This document shows positions 62,906 to 64,000 of a stretch of DNA of 64,000 bases, one piece after another (position 1 is the first letter of the stretch; each line of letters begins with the position of its first letter). Origin of the DNA: Monocercomonoides exilis PA203. Its lineage: Eukaryota > Protista > Preaxostyla. The DNA is taken from contig LSRY02000031.1 of the NCBI GenBank assembly GCA_001643675.2, positions 930,001-994,000 of the forward strand. The letters are read 5' to 3'. The notes under the pieces are model-generated. The model did no database searches. It was not told where the DNA came from and was given only the letters and a program-made list of their open reading frames with translations. Made by a program: the position numbers and the translations under genes.

Positions 62906-63341
62906 ATATTTGATTCCACTAGGGATTTTTCGGAAAATCTTAGCCATAATTTCTTTAAACGTCCAAAAAACCATTAAACTTGAGCACTGCATTTGGCAAT
63001 CCTTTTGTAAAACTCTTCAATCGATAGTGAGCTTTTTGAGAAAGATGTTTCAAAACTCGATGATGAAGGGCTTGTCTCAGATTAACTTGAAGGAGAGGAA
63101 AAGCATGGAGATGATGAATGAGAGGTTTGCGACGAACGTGAAGCAGAAAAATGAGAAAGTGAAGGTGAGGAAATTAAAGGAATTGAAGAATTTGGAGTAA
63201 TAGCATTTGATTCCATAATTAAAATTTAAATATGAAAATATCCGTGCATTCTGTCTTATTTATTAGCTGTTTTTTTGGTGTGATTAAGCGTTATTCAGTA
63301 AAATGGATTTGGAAACAAATATCATCCATTATTGATCATCT

Positions 63342-63607
63342 GGGACAGAATATTTTGCTTCAGGCATTTTCATTGAAAAATTATGCACCTGAGATGAACT
63401 TTTTGTGATCAAAAAATAAGAAATAAATGGGTTCATTGTTTGAAATACATGTGATGTCACACAACATGGTGTTATTATATCAATGATATTTGCTTGCAGA
63501 TGTGAAAATCAAATTTATTTTGAGATCTGAGAAAGTGAAAAAAATTATGAGTGAAGCTCTTTTTCGTGCTTAGTGCATAAAAAGCTTGAAAGTTCATGTT
63601 TTCCCCC
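63342..63607. mobile_element. MITE family A copy (266 bp) inside the transposase pseudogene
   Basis: GGGAC...TTTTCCCCC; ATCT on both flanks. Confidence 0.88.
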
Positions 63608-64000
63608 ATCTGTCTATTGTTTGCTCTTTTGATGTTTATTTTTTCTCTTTATCTTTCATTTTCAAGAACTTGTCGTATTTTTTTGTGCCTTGAAGATATG
63701 AAAACACATCATGCAAACCTCCTCGCTCTGCATAAGAAATAAACAACGCTTTGAAAGAAGCCCATGATGATTCTGCGACCTCAATTTTCATTCAAATAGC
63801 GTTGTGATGGCCATCATAGGAATATTGATTTTCTTCGTGGGGAACATCTGGCTTTGGAATTTTGATGGTTGTGGAATCTTCAAATGACGCTTCACTTGGA
63901 AAATCATCATTCATTTCCTTTGGAGGTCTTGGAGGGATTGAAAACATCTTTTCCAAGACTGTTAATAGAAAAAAACGAATTTCATCAATCCTTTTGCTCA

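Larger units (their letters stand above)
62540..64000 (-). pseudogene. Decayed DDE_Tnp_4 transposase, paralogue of 30949-33111, interrupted by two MITEs; runs off the window end
   Basis: Manual translation: LEKMFSIPPRP, DSTTIKI, YDGHH, GGLHDV, DR / [MITE] / ..FQIHFT..ITPKK, SIEEF.K.IAK...V*WFFGRLKKLWLR, / [MITE] / AC.IANI.I. Multiple stops. Confidence 0.88.

Noticed and set aside
62910-63200. 96-aa plus-strand ORF
   Set aside because: Antisense to the decayed DDE_Tnp_4 transposase.

Overview
AT-rich eukaryotic DNA with short GT-AG introns and the standard genetic code (TAA/TAG/TGA all end conserved genes). Gene families and composition point to an oxymonad/metamonad such as Monocercomonoides; this is recognition, not a database result. 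Host genes: a lineage-specific helical multicopy-family gene, a giant beta-helix receptor ending in a pseudokinase, a homologue of plant HIT4, a compact cluster (XRCC2, RPS15a, PAC2, BIVM, cyclin-fold gene) and a membrane-anchored tandem S41 peptidase whose second domain lacks the catalytic Ser. The rest is dominated by DNA transposons: two PIF/Harbinger-ISL2EU-type (DDE_Tnp_4) transposases, one open and one decayed; a Sola2-type transposase; an apparently complete pogo/Fot1 DD35D element; a decayed Merlin transposase; and CAC-ended elements with 21-bp subterminal repeats. The main hidden structure is at least 14 MITEs in four families, mostly with GRG...CYC ends and 4-bp (mostly ANNT) target-site duplications, consistent with mobilisation by a Sola2 transposase. 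Two of them sit inside the decayed DDE_Tnp_4 gene, whose reading frame can be rebuilt across them. All family assignments are from motif recognition by eye; no searches were run.
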